Shown in pieces: positions 13,801-27,853 of a stretch of DNA of 64,000 bases. The first letter of the stretch is position 1, and each line of letters begins with the position of its first letter. Below the pieces are notes generated by a model. The model was not told where the DNA came from, ran no database searches, and saw nothing but the letters and a program-made list of their open reading frames with translations. Location: positions 310,001 through 374,000 of the forward strand of contig NC_043015.1 of the NCBI RefSeq assembly GCF_006345805.1, read 5' to 3'. The stretch is from Octopus sinensis. Taxonomy: Eukaryota. Made by a program: the position numbers and the translations under genes.

Positions 13801-14458
13801 ATAGCTAGATACAACATACATACATACATATACACGCGAAATTTTCGGAAACGGGGGCATTGTATGGGTGTTGGTTGGAGGCAGGTGTTGAAGACAAAAT
13901 GTGATGTGTTGACCATTTATTTAAACTGTGTTAAGATAATGGATGTGTATAATTTAAAAGTCACGATTTAATGTTTGTACATTAGCTGGCCATCAGAAGA
14001 AAAAAAGTACTTTGTGGTTATTTTCTTGGGTGGGTGTAATGGTATAAGACAAGGATAAACCGTCTGATTGTTCAAATTTTTTTCCTTGAACTTACTGTTC
14101 ACCGCGTATATTAGCAAAATCCGTGTCTAGGGTTATAAAAGTCCCTTCCGGCACTTAATTGCATCCCAATCTGCTCTACGTTCGATTTTGCACCGAAACG
14201 CTTTGTTTTTCGTCCTTCTTAAGTCAATGAATTATTTACTAATTCAAGAAGAATAAGAAACTGATTTTATCGTTTTTTACCATTCCTTAGAAACACTGTA
14301 TTTTACTAAGCTAATAATCTCCCAGATCGTCATTGTATATTACTTAAATTCTGGAGGTCACGCTGGGGCATTATCTTCAAACGTAGACTATTATATTAAA
14401 TACTGTAGTTGCTTAAGTATATATATATACTTTATTTAAAAGCAGCAGAAAATTCAAC

Positions 14459-14505
14459 AAAACCTGTTACTTTGAGTTTCACGTTCCCGTTAGTCGGACA
14501 GTTTT
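14459..14505 (-). ncRNA. Degenerate type I hammerhead fold in repeat family P3
   Basis: Minus strand: AAAA-CTGT / CCGACTA / ACG-GGAA-CGT / GAA / AC-TCAAA-GT / A / ACAG-G-TTTT. All three stems pair, but the core differs from CUGANGA at U4 and G8. Confidence 0.55.
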
Positions 14506-14628
14506 TGCTAGAATATATATATATGCAGCGGTCACTTTGGCCGAACCGCGAAATTACGTTAGCTTGAACAAAACCCAAATTCACTGTCAAGTGGTGAGCG
14601 TGGTCTGAAACAAATACACGCGCGTGCG

Positions 14629-14663
<35 letters not shown>

Positions 14664-14689
14664 ATGGATGAAGTCGACATTTATATTCA

Positions 14690-14761
14690 AATTCGTCTGA
14701 GAACTAGAGGTTCTCTCGTTTTCTGTTCTGATCACATGTAGCTCTCACGTATTGTCTCTCC

Positions 14762-14814
<53 letters not shown>

Positions 14815-14972
14815 TTGGACCTTTCCTTTTTCTATGTTTCTGACGAAGAGCTCCGCTCAAAACGTTAAATCCTCCTTCTTTCTTTCCTTTCCTGAGCGTC
14901 CAATAACACTATACTTGTTCCATGTCCACGCGTTGTTGTGTTCTCTCTTTGTTCATGTTTGGATTAACTATA
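14690..14972 (+). mobile_element. Penelope-like pseudo-LTR fragment, family P1
   Basis: Homologous to 33073-33282; pyrimidine-rich; contains a hammerhead; ends ggattaac in a TA run. The 5' boundary is approximate. Confidence 0.6.
14836..14870 (+). ncRNA. Minimal hammerhead, family P1 copy (G12 to A)
   Basis: GTTT / CTGACGA-A / GAGC-TCC-GCTC / AAAAC-GTT / AAAT. Confidence 0.6.
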
Positions 14973-16049
14973 TATAATAAAACAAAACAATTACAAAGCA
15001 CAAATATCTCTTAGTATAAAATGCAAAACACTACTTAACGACTTCTGGTTTATATAGTTACATGCATGCACTTGAACTTCGGTAACCCCAGCATGGCCAA
15101 AACATAGGATAGGAAAAAACATTATAAAGAAATAGGTTGGTGTGTCATTTTCAATAGAAATTTGAAATTATCTGTAGAAAACTTGAAGTTCTGACAGCGG
15201 GGTAGCCACTGAACCTTCGGACTTCACAGCACATGTAGACGACAACTGGAGAAATTCCTAAGCATTACCTCAAATGAACGAAACCAAAATTCAACATACC
15301 CCTCAATATCTTCAGATATGACAATCATATTCCTTTCCACAGTATATTACGAAAAGTACGTATTTGAGGCGTACAAGATCGACTTTCATTCATGATTTTC
15401 TGTAGTAGGATTAGACTGACATTTCAATAAAGATTGGACCCCAAAGATAAAAGCCAGTAACTGGCAGAACAGTCGCTAAAGAATACTAAGATACGGCCTT
15501 CATCGGCGGGCACGCTAAGTATTTTAGCGGTTTCGGTGCATTGTGTTCTATGGTTTCTATGTTTTGTTTTATTTTCATTGTGTTACATATTTTGAAAATG
15601 TTCATGGATGTAATATTTACCCCCTTTAAGCTCGGATGTTCTATTAAAACATACTTTACTGCGGTAGTTACAATGAGAGAAACTCCTATATTTGGCTCCT
15701 GGGAGCAAAATGCACTTTGCTTTACAACGCTAGTGATGAGCCAAACCGAAGATGTTGTTATTGCTTCGAAACTTGTGAGTTGAATCTCAACATGTTACAC
15801 CTGAGTACGACATTACGAACCAACGTGTTTGTTTGCAAAATTATAAAAATAATAAGTATATTCAATAAAAATTTCGAATGGGGAACGTTCTCTTCTATCA
15901 CAGATAGATATCCAAATATACCAAACCCTTTACTGGTAAAAAGAACAAGGAAAGAGTCACCGTTTTCTATAAGATGGTATATTTCTTCTTGCACCAGTTT
16001 AGCTAAGAGCTTGATGCAACAGAATGAATTTAAATTCCACAGCTATACT

Positions 16050-16082
<33 letters not shown>

Positions 16083-17394
16083 CACACACGCAAACACACG
16101 CATGTATATATGTATATATATATATATGCATATATATATATGTGTGTGTGTGTGTGTATACATAGAAATACATACACGCCCATGTATATATATATATATA
16201 TATACATTTATATACATGATATGTGTGTGTTAGTGACTATGTATGTATACATTCTTATGTAAGTATACTTTTATATATAAGTATATAGCTATGTGTTTGT
16301 ACATATGTATATATATACTTTGATAGAGTTACATGTATATGTATATATATATATATATATATATAACTATAGCCATCGTATGCGCAAGTATGTGCGTGTG
16401 TGTGTGTAGGTGAGTGTGTGTGTGAGTATGTACGTGTGTGTTTCTAGATAATTTAGCTTTGTGTGGTTGTTCTATTAATGTTCTAAAGGCGAAGTTAATT
16501 CATTTTACGTTTTTAATTCAATAAAACAGAAAGCCGAGGAAAATTAAGGTTTGAAAGACTGTTTTGTAAAAAGCAATTATCTGTACGTGCCATGTGTATG
16601 GGAGAGTCTTCAGGAATGGTAGGTGAAGAAATTGATGAGAGATAATATATAGACGCAAAGAAAAGGCTGTGGAGTTGGAAATAGACTCAAGGAATGAGTT
16701 AAGGTTACATAAAGGAAGGAAGAAAGAGGCGAGAATAATGCAAAAGAGGGAATGACGGAAAGAGATAATGAGAGAATGAAAGATAAAGAAAGATACAGGG
16801 AAAAGGTTGGAGTTTGTGTGCAAGAGATAAATGGAAACGGAGCGGTGTGGAACTAGAAAGAGAGAGATTGAGTGATTGGGAAAGAGAGAGAGAGAGAGAA
16901 AGAATGAGAGTTGAAGAGAAGTGGAGAGAAATGTGTGCTCGTGTGCTTGTGTTTAAATTTATGCTTGTGTGTGTAAGAATAAGAAATATTTTGAATATAA
17001 AACTGTGTATGTTTATATGTGTGTGCATGTCTGTGAAAGCGCAAAATGAGGTGTATTTATACGCATGAATGTATGGGTATACGCTATGTGTGTAAGAATG
17101 TTAGGGTGAAAGAGAGAGAGGGAGAGAGAGAGAAGGTGAGAAAAAGTTTTGTGAAGAAGTAAAGAGAGAACCAATGAGATCGTGTATGTGTGTAGATGCA
17201 CGTGTATTGTGTATAGTAATGCTGGTGTGTTTGTGTGCGTATATTTGTGTGCATGTGATTGTAGATAAGAAATGGCCATTGAAAGTTTCTTAAAATACAA
17301 GACGAAATTTCAGCAAGTGATGGGCGCAACATCATATATAACTCAACAACAGAATGTATGAACAGTAAGAAAGATAACAAGACGAGTGTATATA

Positions 17395-17681
17395 CACATA
17401 CATACATACATGCATACATACATACATACATACATACATACATACATACATGCATGCATACATACATACATGCATACATACATACATATACATACATACA
17501 TACATACATACATACATACATACATACATACATGCATACATACACATACATACATACATACGTACATACACATACATAATACATACATTCATACATACAT
17601 ACATACATATACATACATACATTTATACATACATAAATACATACATACATATATGCATGCATACATACATACATACATATG

Positions 17682-17712
<31 letters not shown>

Positions 17713-17835
17713 TTACATACATACATACATACATACATAGATGCATACATACAAACATACATACATGCATGCATGCATACATATATACATACATACATGT
17801 GTGCGCACGTGTGTACATACATACATATACACACA
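17395..17835. repeat. (ACAT)n microsatellite
   Basis: Direct reading. Confidence 0.95.
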
Positions 17836-17954
17836 CATGTATTTTATCTCTTACTTAAGTTATTCGACTCCAGCTTAGCTGGGGTAGCCCTTGAAGAATT
17901 ACGAGTGGAATGTATTCACCCCAGTATTTGAATACTTATATATATATTTTTAAA

Positions 17955-18089
17955 GTCCCGTGCTTTTGCCGAAACGCCAAGTTACGAGGACATAAACACA
18001 CCAGCATCGGTTGTCAATCGATGTTGGGGGCAGGGAACAAGCCCAGACATACAAACATAGACACACACACACACACACATATATATATG

Positions 18090-18166
<77 letters not shown>

Positions 18167-18320
18167 GAGGGGCTACTTTCAGTTTCTGTCTACCAAATCC
18201 ACTCATAAGGTTTTGGTCGGCTCAAGTCTAAAGTAGAAGACGCCCAAGGTGCCACGCAGTGGGACTGAACCCGGAACCATGTGGTTCGTAAGCAAGCTAA
18301 TTACCACACAGCCACTCCTG
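17955..18320 (-). mobile_element. SINE family A
   Basis: Body with expanded internal AC/AT tract, plus head (cagccactcctg). Confidence 0.9.
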
Positions 18321-19208
18321 AAAAAAGTTATTAATGTGTAGGTAATTGTGTATTGGTTAAGACGTTCATACTTCCTTCTTAGATTTTTCTGTATTTGGGG
18401 ACTGAAATGTAATAGAGGGAGTTTAAATTATTGGGAATGATTTTGTTTTGGCTCAATGGAAAGGACCATTTTTTGAAGGAGATTGATTTTTTTTTTGTTT
18501 TTTTGGTATGTGTCTTTGTTATATGTATTACGATACTCCTGCACGGATTCCAACCACTCAGCTTCGCTCATAAGGTGTTGGATACTCCGGAGATATTGTA
18601 GAAAGTATTTTCCCAGGTTGCCCTGCATTGGTGCCAATTCGTAACCCACGCGGCTGCGATTAGGACTTCCTACCTAAACAGCCTGAGAGAGAAAAAGGGA
18701 AGGTGAGCAAGTAGTAGTAGTAGAAGCAGTAGTAGTAGTAGTAGGAGAAGGAGGAGAGAGAGAAAGGGTGCGATAGAAAAGTAGGTGTCTGAAATGGTGA
18801 GAGGTGATGTCGTTTAATCTCGGTTTAGATCTAGCTGTCCATCTAAAGCATTTCACCCGTGACCATATGTAAAGTAAATTTTCAACTGTGATTTTTTATA
18901 TGGCATATCCTTTTTTGTATTAAGACAAGGATTTGAGGTATTTCTTGCAGGCAGGCCGAGTGAGTATGCAACGGCTCCATTATTGGTTCGTGAAAGATGG
19001 CGTTGTCCCGTTTATCGCGGATTCTATCTAAACGATAGTATAAGAATACGATTTAAATAAAGACGTAAATAAGTAATTATATATATCCATTCATAAAAAC
19101 ATATACATAAATATACAATTAAATATATAAATGCAGAAATAAATTTTATATACATGATTAAAAAATAAGTATATGTATATACGTGCATACATATTGTATG
19201 CATGTATA

Positions 19209-19254
<46 letters not shown>

Positions 19255-19354
19255 GTGTGTGTATGTGTTTATGCGCACGTGTGTGAATATATATGTATGT
19301 ATGCATGCAGGTATATATATATATATATATATATCTATATATATATATATTATA

Positions 19355-19389
<35 letters not shown>

Positions 19390-19394
<5 letters not shown>

Positions 19395-20900
19395 AAATTA
19401 GATAGGGAAATTTCGTAAAAGAACTAAATTAAAATGGACGATGTGGAAAAAAATAAATGAGAAAAAGTGAGCGGAGTAAAAGCAATAAATAGTACTGAAT
19501 TAAAATAAGAAAGACGTAAATTTTCAAAGATAGTCAGAAGGAAAGATGAACAGAAAGCATGAACGAGAGGGTAGGGGGAAGAAAGTTAAATAACGTTTAG
19601 AAAAATTTAAATAAAGCAGACACGATCCAAAGAAAATAAAATAAAATTAAGATGTATGGAAGGCAGAAGGAACCATAAAAAGAAGAAATCAAAGGGAGAG
19701 AAACAATGTGAGGCAAGAAAGAAGAAAGGAAGAAAAACCACAGAAATAAAGTTTATAAAAATGGAGTATGAGGAGAAAAAAAGGAAGAAAAAAGGGGAAA
19801 AGGAGGGAAGTTAAAATGGCAAGAAGAAAAGAAGGGAATAGTTTTGGTGAAAATAATTAATAGTGGAAAATAGCGATGAAGAATATCTTAAAAATATCAG
19901 AGAAATGATGAAATGAAGAAGAAGCTGGAAGTAAAGACAGACCTAAAGATAGATGGGTGGAAAGAAATAAGAAATGAAGGAAAAAAAGAAAGAAAAATTA
20001 TATTTAAAAAAAAGGGATTCAAGCAAAAAAATATTTGGAGAAAAGTGAAGTTTAAAAAGTATGAGTAGAGAAAAGGTAAGACAAAGGTAGGAAGAAAGAA
20101 GAATAGGAAGAAAGTAAACGAATGAAAGACAACGAAATTGAAAGAAAGAAGGAAATGTTGAAAACGTAAGGATAAATGAAAGAAAGTAGAAGGAAGAATG
20201 GAAAACTGATAAGGGTAATGTTAAAAGAAAGAAAGAATGAAAGGAAAGAAAGAAAAAAATAAAAGGAAAGAAAGAAAGAAAAACCTGTAAGAGAGAAAGA
20301 AGGAAAGAAAGAACACAGCAAAGTAGAGGAAGAGAGGAAGAAAGCAAGGGAAAATAACGAAATATAAAACGGAGTGATTGAAGCAAATGTAAATTAATTT
20401 GTGAAGAATGGAAGATTAAAAGAACGAAATATAGTTTTTAAATTTTGGCACAAGGCCAGCATTTTTAGGATCTGGAGGATGTCGCTTACTTAATTTATTC
20501 ATCCCAAAATGATGAAATGCTAAATGGAACTCGGCGGATTTGAACTTAGCACGTAAGGATGGAGGAAATGCCGCAAAACATGTTGCCCGGCGTGCTAACG
20601 ACTCTGCCAGCTTCGCCAAGTGAAAAAAAAAAAGGATGAAATAAAATGGTAAAGAAAGAATTAAAGAAAAGAAAAAGAAGAGCAAAGATTATAAAGAACA
20701 AATTGAAATAATGAAATAGGAAGAAATATAATGGAAAGAAAAATGAGGAAAATAAACAACGAAATAAATTTTAAAAAGAATTAAAAAATGCAACTGGAAT
20801 GGTAAAAGTCGAAATAGTTCAGAACAAGTTATAGAAAGACGTGGAGGATCATAATGGAATGAAAGAGAAAACGAAATGTTTCTTCAAATACAGAATAATA
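19390..20900. repeat. Purine-rich (A/G) low-complexity region
   Basis: Long GAAA/GGAA-like tracts on the + strand. Confidence 0.8.
20438..20620 (-). mobile_element. SINE family B, diverged
   Basis: ttttggcacaaggccagc ... gctaacgactctgccagcttcgcc. Confidence 0.75.
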
Positions 20901-21689
20901 ATAAAAACTAAATCAATAAGAAACGAAGAAATTGAAAAATGCCTTGAATTTTTCGATTTGTCTGGTCAGATTCCAACTAAGTTGCTTCACTTTGCAATTC
21001 CAAACAGTTAATTGATATAATTAAATCCTTCATTTTCTGCTGAATTTATTTTATTGTCATGATTCAGTGGATATGGTAGCAAAAGTATTGCCGTAAACAA
21101 ATGCACAAACTCGTGGGACTGTGTTCTTAGTTGTGACGGCGTCATCTCAATTTGACGCCAGAAGGTGGCAATCCAGGAATCGAACAACGACCAGCGCGAA
21201 AAGGAATCTACCCTTCTCTGCGTAATGGGCGGCATCTCTCACGTTTACAGGGGAAGTGGCATGTCTCGCTCTGGAGTATGCGTCACGAGTGGTGGCAACC
21301 CAGATCAGCGCTTTTCTCCATCTCCTGGAATGGTAGAAAAATAAAGTATTAACTCGTCTGAGCGACTTCTTTCAACGCGTTCGAAACTAAGAGGAGGTAG
21401 CGTCGACTTTTCTTGTAGCAACATTATTCTTAGATATACTTATACATATTTTGCTCAAAACGCAACAAGTAGCACGAAATATTTGAGTTAAGAAACGATT
21501 TAAAAAAAAAACTTTTTTGCTGTCTATAGGAATAATCCTAGGGTCGATTTTATTCGACTAAAGGTGGCGCTCCAACATGACCGCAGTCAAATGACTGAAA
21601 CAAGTAAAAGAGTAAAGAGTAAAGAGTATGCAGAAAGAATGGGAGAAATGTGAATGAGAAAAAATTATTGAAAGAAAGAAAGAAAGGAA

Positions 21690-21721
<32 letters not shown>

Positions 21722-21954
21722 AGAAAGAAAGAAAGAAAGAAAGAATGGCTAAATCCTATAACCAGAGGGTATGTTAGAAGGAATGAGTGACGGAGAAATA
21801 AGAGCAGAAAATGTGGAGAGGTTAGCGAATAAATTTGGCAATTGACCACCAAAACCAATACCACACGTCACAACTAGTGTCTATACCAACACCACAACAT
21901 TACAACTACAGCAGCAATGCTACTGTAACTACTACGAATACAACAAATATTCAT

Positions 21955-22155
21955 TTTAAATTTTGGCACAAGGCCAGTATTTTCGGGGGAGGGTGTAAGT
22001 CGATTACATCGACCCCAGTACTCCACTGGTACTTATTTTATTGACCTCGAAAGGATGAAAAGCGAAGGCGAAGTCGACCTTGTTGGAATTTGAACTCAAA
22101 ACGTAAAGACAGACGAACATGCCGCTAAGCATCTTGCTCGGCGTCATCCACCGCC
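21955..22155 (-). mobile_element. SINE family B
   Basis: gtcgattacatcgaccccagt...ggtacttattttattgacctcgaaaggatgaaa. Confidence 0.8.
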
Positions 22156-22217
22156 AATGGTACCACCATCTTCGTTATAACTACTACCGATACTACAATA
22201 TGTACTTTTGTCATGGC

Positions 22218-22560
22218 TATCACCACCACCACCACCGCCACTGCCATTATTACCAACACTGGCTCCTCCACCAGCACCAGCAGTACCCCACCACCACCAC
22301 CACTACCACCACCACTACCACCACCACCACCACCAACAACAACACTACCACCACCACCACCACTACCACCACCACCACCACCACTATCACTGTGAACAAC
22401 ACTACCCTCGAAAACATTACCATTCTACTACAAACGCCACCAGCAACGCCACCATCATCACAAAACGTCGCCATCACTTACTACCAACGTTACCTCCACC
22501 TTTACCACCACCATTTTACCACCGCCAATACCACCTCCACCACCACTGTCATCATATAAC
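22218..22560. repeat. (ACC/ACT)n trinucleotide tract
   Basis: Direct reading; gives poly-T/P/H ORFs in all three frames. Confidence 0.9.
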
Positions 22561-23151
22561 CACCGTCATATCACCTTACACCCTTACACACTACGGCAGG
22601 AACACAGATAACGGATAAAAGCCAGCAAAGGTGAATGATTATAGGAGAAAGACATTAACGAAAGAACGAAAGAAGAAAATAGAAATACATACATACATAC
22701 ATACATACACACATACATACATACATACATACATACATACATACATACATACCACATATATATATACACATATAAAACGAAACAAAACACAAAACAATAA
22801 AGAACAAACCGTGTCTGCTATCACAATATTTGCCGAGTGGTTGGTTGGCGAAAGCTGATGTTAGTGTCAGTAGTATGTGAGAAGGCGCGTGGGTAAGTGT
22901 GTTTGGCCAGTATTCTGTTCAAATAATTAGATGACTTACCGCCTCGATGAAAAGGCCATTGTCGATAGTAGTTCGTTCTTTTCTTTTTTCTTATCTGCAT
23001 TCCTTATTCTGCTTTCTTTTCTTATTATTTGGACAGAGTCGGGAAGAAATTCATTGCGTTAATTTGTTCTGGTTCTTTTACGTTACGAGTTCAGTTCCTA
23101 CCGAGGTCGCACATGCTTTACATCCGTATTGGGGGTCAAAGAATAATAGAT

Positions 23152-23557
23152 AACTCTTTTACATGTTTCAGTCATATGACTGGCCATGCAGGAGCACTGA
23201 CTTTAGTCGAGCAACTTGACCCCAGGACTTATTCTTTGTAAGCCCAGTACTTATTCTATCGGTCTCTTTTGCCGAACCGTTAAGTTACAGGGACGTAAAC
23301 ACACCAGCATCGGTTGTCAAGCTATGTTGGGGGGACAAACAAAGGCACACAAACATATACACACATACATATATATATATTTATACATATATACGACGGG
23401 CTTCTTTCAGTTTCCGTCTACCAAATCCACTCAGAAGACTTTGGTCGGCCCGAGGCTATAGTAGAAGACACTTGACCAAGGTACCACGCAGTGGGATTGA
23501 ACCTGGAACCATGTGGCTGGTAAGCAAGCTACTTACCACACAGCCACTCCTACGTCT
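23152..23557 (-). mobile_element. SINE family A, full length
   Basis: Tail, internal tract, core and head all present. Confidence 0.92.
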
Positions 23558-23709
23558 ATAAATAAATAAATACAATATCAGTCAGTCCTAACGAATGATG
23601 GTATCGAGTCATCTACTAAAAGTTCTTTGTAGTAATTTTCTATCTCCTTACGTTCCGAGTTTAAGTGACGCCGATGTCGAGTTTGCTTTTTAAACTTATC
23701 GGGTTACGT

Positions 23710-23880
23710 TTGGCTGTGCTGCAAGAAGCTTTCTTCCCAACCATATGCTTCCGGATTCAATCCCACTACGTGGCATCGTGGGCAAGTGTTTTCTACTATA
23801 GCCTCGAGACGACGAAAGCCTTGTGAAAGGATTCGCTAGACGGAAACTGAAAGACGAGCTTCTTTCAGTTTCCATCTAGC
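23710..23880 (+). mobile_element. SINE family A 5' half ending in a fold-back inversion
   Basis: tggctgtgctgcaagaagc...; arms 23835-23854 and 23861-23880 are reverse complements with one mismatch. Confidence 0.8.
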
Positions 23881-23885
23881 AAACA

Positions 23886-23916
<31 letters not shown>

Positions 23917-24094
23917 TTTCTTTAGTCAGTTAAAACTTCGTGTTGGATCTCTGTTGAGCAGTTTGACTACGTTGTTGTGTTTCCAAGCGCATAGTTTCAG
24001 AGTTAGTATGACACCGTGATACATTGTGGAACATTGTCTCAAAAAATACTCCCCACAGCTGACATTTGCTATATATATATATATATGTTGGTTT

Positions 24095-24262
24095 CTCTTT
24101 TTGGCACAAGGCCAGCAATTCCGAGTTGCGGGCGTAAATCGATTGCATCGACTCCAGTTCTCACTGGTACTGTATTTTATGAACCCCAAAAGGATTTGAG
24201 CTCAGGATGTAAAGGCCGCTCCGCATTTTACCCACCACATTAACGATTGTGCCAGCTCACCC
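24095..24262 (-). mobile_element. SINE family B, diverged
   Basis: ttttggcacaaggccagc...taacgattgtgccagctcacc. Confidence 0.7.
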
Positions 24263-26519
24263 TTTGTTTGCCACCTATACCGTTACTTTAGGGGCTGAGG
24301 TTATTCTTTGCAAGTATCTAATATTCAAAGTGTGTATTTGTATTGAAAATAGGTTTACTTTTGCTGCCTCATCAGACTGGTTTTGCTATCCAGTGAGAGT
24401 CTTTTTATTAATACACTGAGCATCATTTAAGTGAAAATATGGGCCAGAAAAAGGCGTGTCTTTACGGTTGTCCACCATGGCTCACAACAGTAGAAACAAA
24501 CCTCAGTGTGATCTTTTGATGATGCTCCACATTCAAACTAATGCGATGTTTGACTTACAATAAAAGAAACATGAGTTCGTTTCCTGGGCAGGACGCTACA
24601 TCTTGAATATGGCACTAAATTTTACTTTTACGTTACTCCAGTCTAGACAGCAGGTGACAGCTAGTGCAACCTTCTCTATCTGGCTTTCAAATCCTAGATG
24701 TTCCGCTGTTTCAAAGATGGGGAAGCCGATGGGTGTTTGTGGCTTCGTACGAATACAAAAGCAGCTGAAAGAATTATCGAAAGCATGGTACTCTCTATCA
24801 TGTTAATCAAAAGAAATGACCTCAGTACTGATTTTTTAAAATTTGGTATATATTTTATCGGTCTGTATTGCTAAACCTCTAAGTTACAAGGATTTAAACT
24901 CACCAACCTGGTTGTCAAGCGGTGGGATGGCGGATACAAATACAAACACCAAGGCACGCAAACACACACAGGCAAACACCAACAAGCACACATATATGAT
25001 GAGATTCAGCATAGTTTCCTATTACCGGATCCTCTCACAAGGAATTGGTCAACCTGAGCAGCGGGAGGGAACCCAAAATCACATGGTTGCAAAGCGAACT
25101 TTTTCCTCGTGCGAGCGCCTGACATTGTAAAAGTTTATCACATATATTGTTATTCTCCGAACCTTTATAGGAGACATCGATACGTAACTGTCAGGGAATC
25201 GATTGAAGAATTCATGCGCAGTGTTCTCTTGTGCTGCCAAACAATATATAAATTTTCCGTTACGTATTTTCTTCAATGCACTTTTATTTGGTAGGTGATA
25301 TGCTTTTTCTTACTACTATCTTATGGTGAGTGGAAGGGAAAGTAGGTTATCTATGTGTTCGCTTACATCTGGGAATATTTTCCGTGCAGTAAAATGTCAG
25401 ATATGTCTAACGTTTCGGGCTTTTGTTCACCAAGGATAAAAAAAAAAAACAAATTTAGAAAGAAGAAAGTTCGTAATTTATTTACTGGAGCCCTGCATAG
25501 AGCTTTTACTACAATATTATATGAAAATGTTTTGGAATAGAAGTTGATGACCACGTTGGTAGTATTTTCTTATTAATAAAGCAGAGTTCACATATTCTCT
25601 CAAAATATGATGGCTTGGTGCTTTTCTTTTATTAATCAAGCATTTAGAACGAAGTGAAGACGCGTGGCATTGTGTCACAGTGTTCGGTTCAAAATTTTAA
25701 AGTGGTGAATTAATTCCTAGACAAGTTGGCGCGTATTTTCTCACGATCAAGGTAGTTAATTTCACGTTTGTCTGGTGTATTTACCTATAAAGAATATCGG
25801 CTGAAGTATAGACGAATCCGTTCTCTTTCAGCTATCACGTCTTCGATGCACCGCTTGATATAGAGTGAGTAGGCCGAGATGGTGTCTATATCCGTTCGTG
25901 ATTATATGACTCACCCACCACAGCAATTACCCGTTCATACAAACAGACACTTATACTTACCCACTTATAGACACATAGAAACACATACATATATGAAATA
26001 CAATGAACTTCTTTCAGTCTCTGCAAACCAAATCCAATCACAAGTCTACGTCAGGTCTGGAGTTATAAGAGACGACACTTGCACAGGATGCCGCGTAGTG
26101 GGACTGAACCCCAAACCATAGAGTAGCAAAGAAAGTTTCTTAAGCATACAGCCATATATATACATATACATAAATGCATAAATAGATGCATACATACAAA
26201 AATACTGATATGTATATATATATATGCATATATATTATCTATATATTACATATATATGTGTATATATGTGTGTATGTTTGTGTGTTCGTGCATGTATATA
26301 TATTGTATATATATATATATTATATATATATATATATATATACATATGTGTGTATGTGATATATATATGAATATACATACATACATATATAATATGTGTG
26401 TATGTGTATATATACATGTATATTATATAATATATTTATATGTATATGTATATGTATATGTGTGTATATATTTATGTATGTATGTATATAATATATATAT
26501 ATATATATACATACATACA

Positions 26520-26577
<58 letters not shown>

Positions 26578-26579
26578 TA

Positions 26580-26625
<46 letters not shown>

Positions 26626-27620
26626 GTATGTATATATATTTCGCCTATAAAAATTCCAAAAGTCATGGAACAAAGACTACGTTAAATATAATGTCAAACT
26701 TTCGTGTCTGAAATTCACCCCCTCCTAAACGATGGCTATAAACAGCACTAACAAAAATAGTGAAGTCTATGGGGGACGTTTTACTTTCGAAATCATCCGC
26801 TTGATTTGTGCCAAAATGAAAAACACCGGTCGTAAAAGGAAACAAGTTTAATACTTTACCAAAATATCAGATTGTAGGTCTGTATGCAGAAAAATCCAGT
26901 TTTCGATTGCTGGCTTCGTGAATCATCGGAATTCAAACTCTCTAAAGACGTTAACCTTCAACTTTCGCATCATCATCATTATGACCTGCATCGTCAGATT
27001 CCCACTGTCCTTTTCTCCGGCAAAAAAACTGCACGTCTCTTGCTGGTCTTAAAAAATATAATATTTGTTAAAGTTTGTGAACGGAAAAAACTAAAACTAG
27101 AAATGGGATCTCATTCTGAAACAATGCTGAAGTGTCCATCATATATGTATGTATGTATGAATATATACATGTATGTATATATAAACTTCATCTATAAACT
27201 TCACCGTTATTATACTGAGAAGAGGCACAACGCAAGCCGAAATATATATACACATAGATGTAAATACGCATTTTACATATACGCTTACTTTCTTGTACAC
27301 ATGCAAACACACATATGGTGTGTAAGTTCATGCATATATACATACATATTTTAAAATGTATAAGGACGTATATATGTATATCTTTAGATATACACTAATG
27401 TCCATAAATCAACCGTTATTCTCTTCACAAGAGCTAGAATGTATACAGGCGCTTATGTGTGTGTATGTGTGTGTGTGTGTGTGTGTTGTGTGTGTATGTG
27501 TGTATATGCATGCACACTGACGCATACAACTATGTGTATATATGTATGTATCTGTGTATACATCTATCTATATGTCTATCTATCTCTATCTCTCTGTATA
27601 TATATATATATATATATATA

Positions 27621-27720
27621 NNNNNNNNNNNNNNNNNNNNNNNNNNNNNNNNNNNNNNNNNNNNNNNNNNNNNNNNNNNNNNNNNNNNNNNNNNNNNNNN
27701 NNNNNNNNNNNNNNNNNNNN
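27621..27720. other. Assembly gap (100 N)
   Basis: Run of N following a (TA)n tract. Confidence 1.
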
Positions 27721-27853
27721 GGCGGAATATTGGTGTCTGTCTCTCCTGGATGGAACTGGAAGCAAGTTGTTTCGCTTGTTGCTAAAGCGTTGTACTGCAG
27801 CGCACCGGTGAAAGAAACAAAAAACATAATTTGAGTATGTGCGATCGACAATA

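Noticed and set aside
15730-15785. Hammerhead-like CCGAAGA...GAAAC motif
   Set aside because: Stem II and stem I do not pair convincingly.
22119-22618. Mucin-like or proline-rich ORFs
   Set aside because: (ACC)n repeat open in all frames, and the first ORF starts inside a SINE.
25400-25436. Minus-strand TTGGTGAA...CCCGAAACGTT hammerhead-like motif
   Set aside because: Core is degenerate and there is no stem II.
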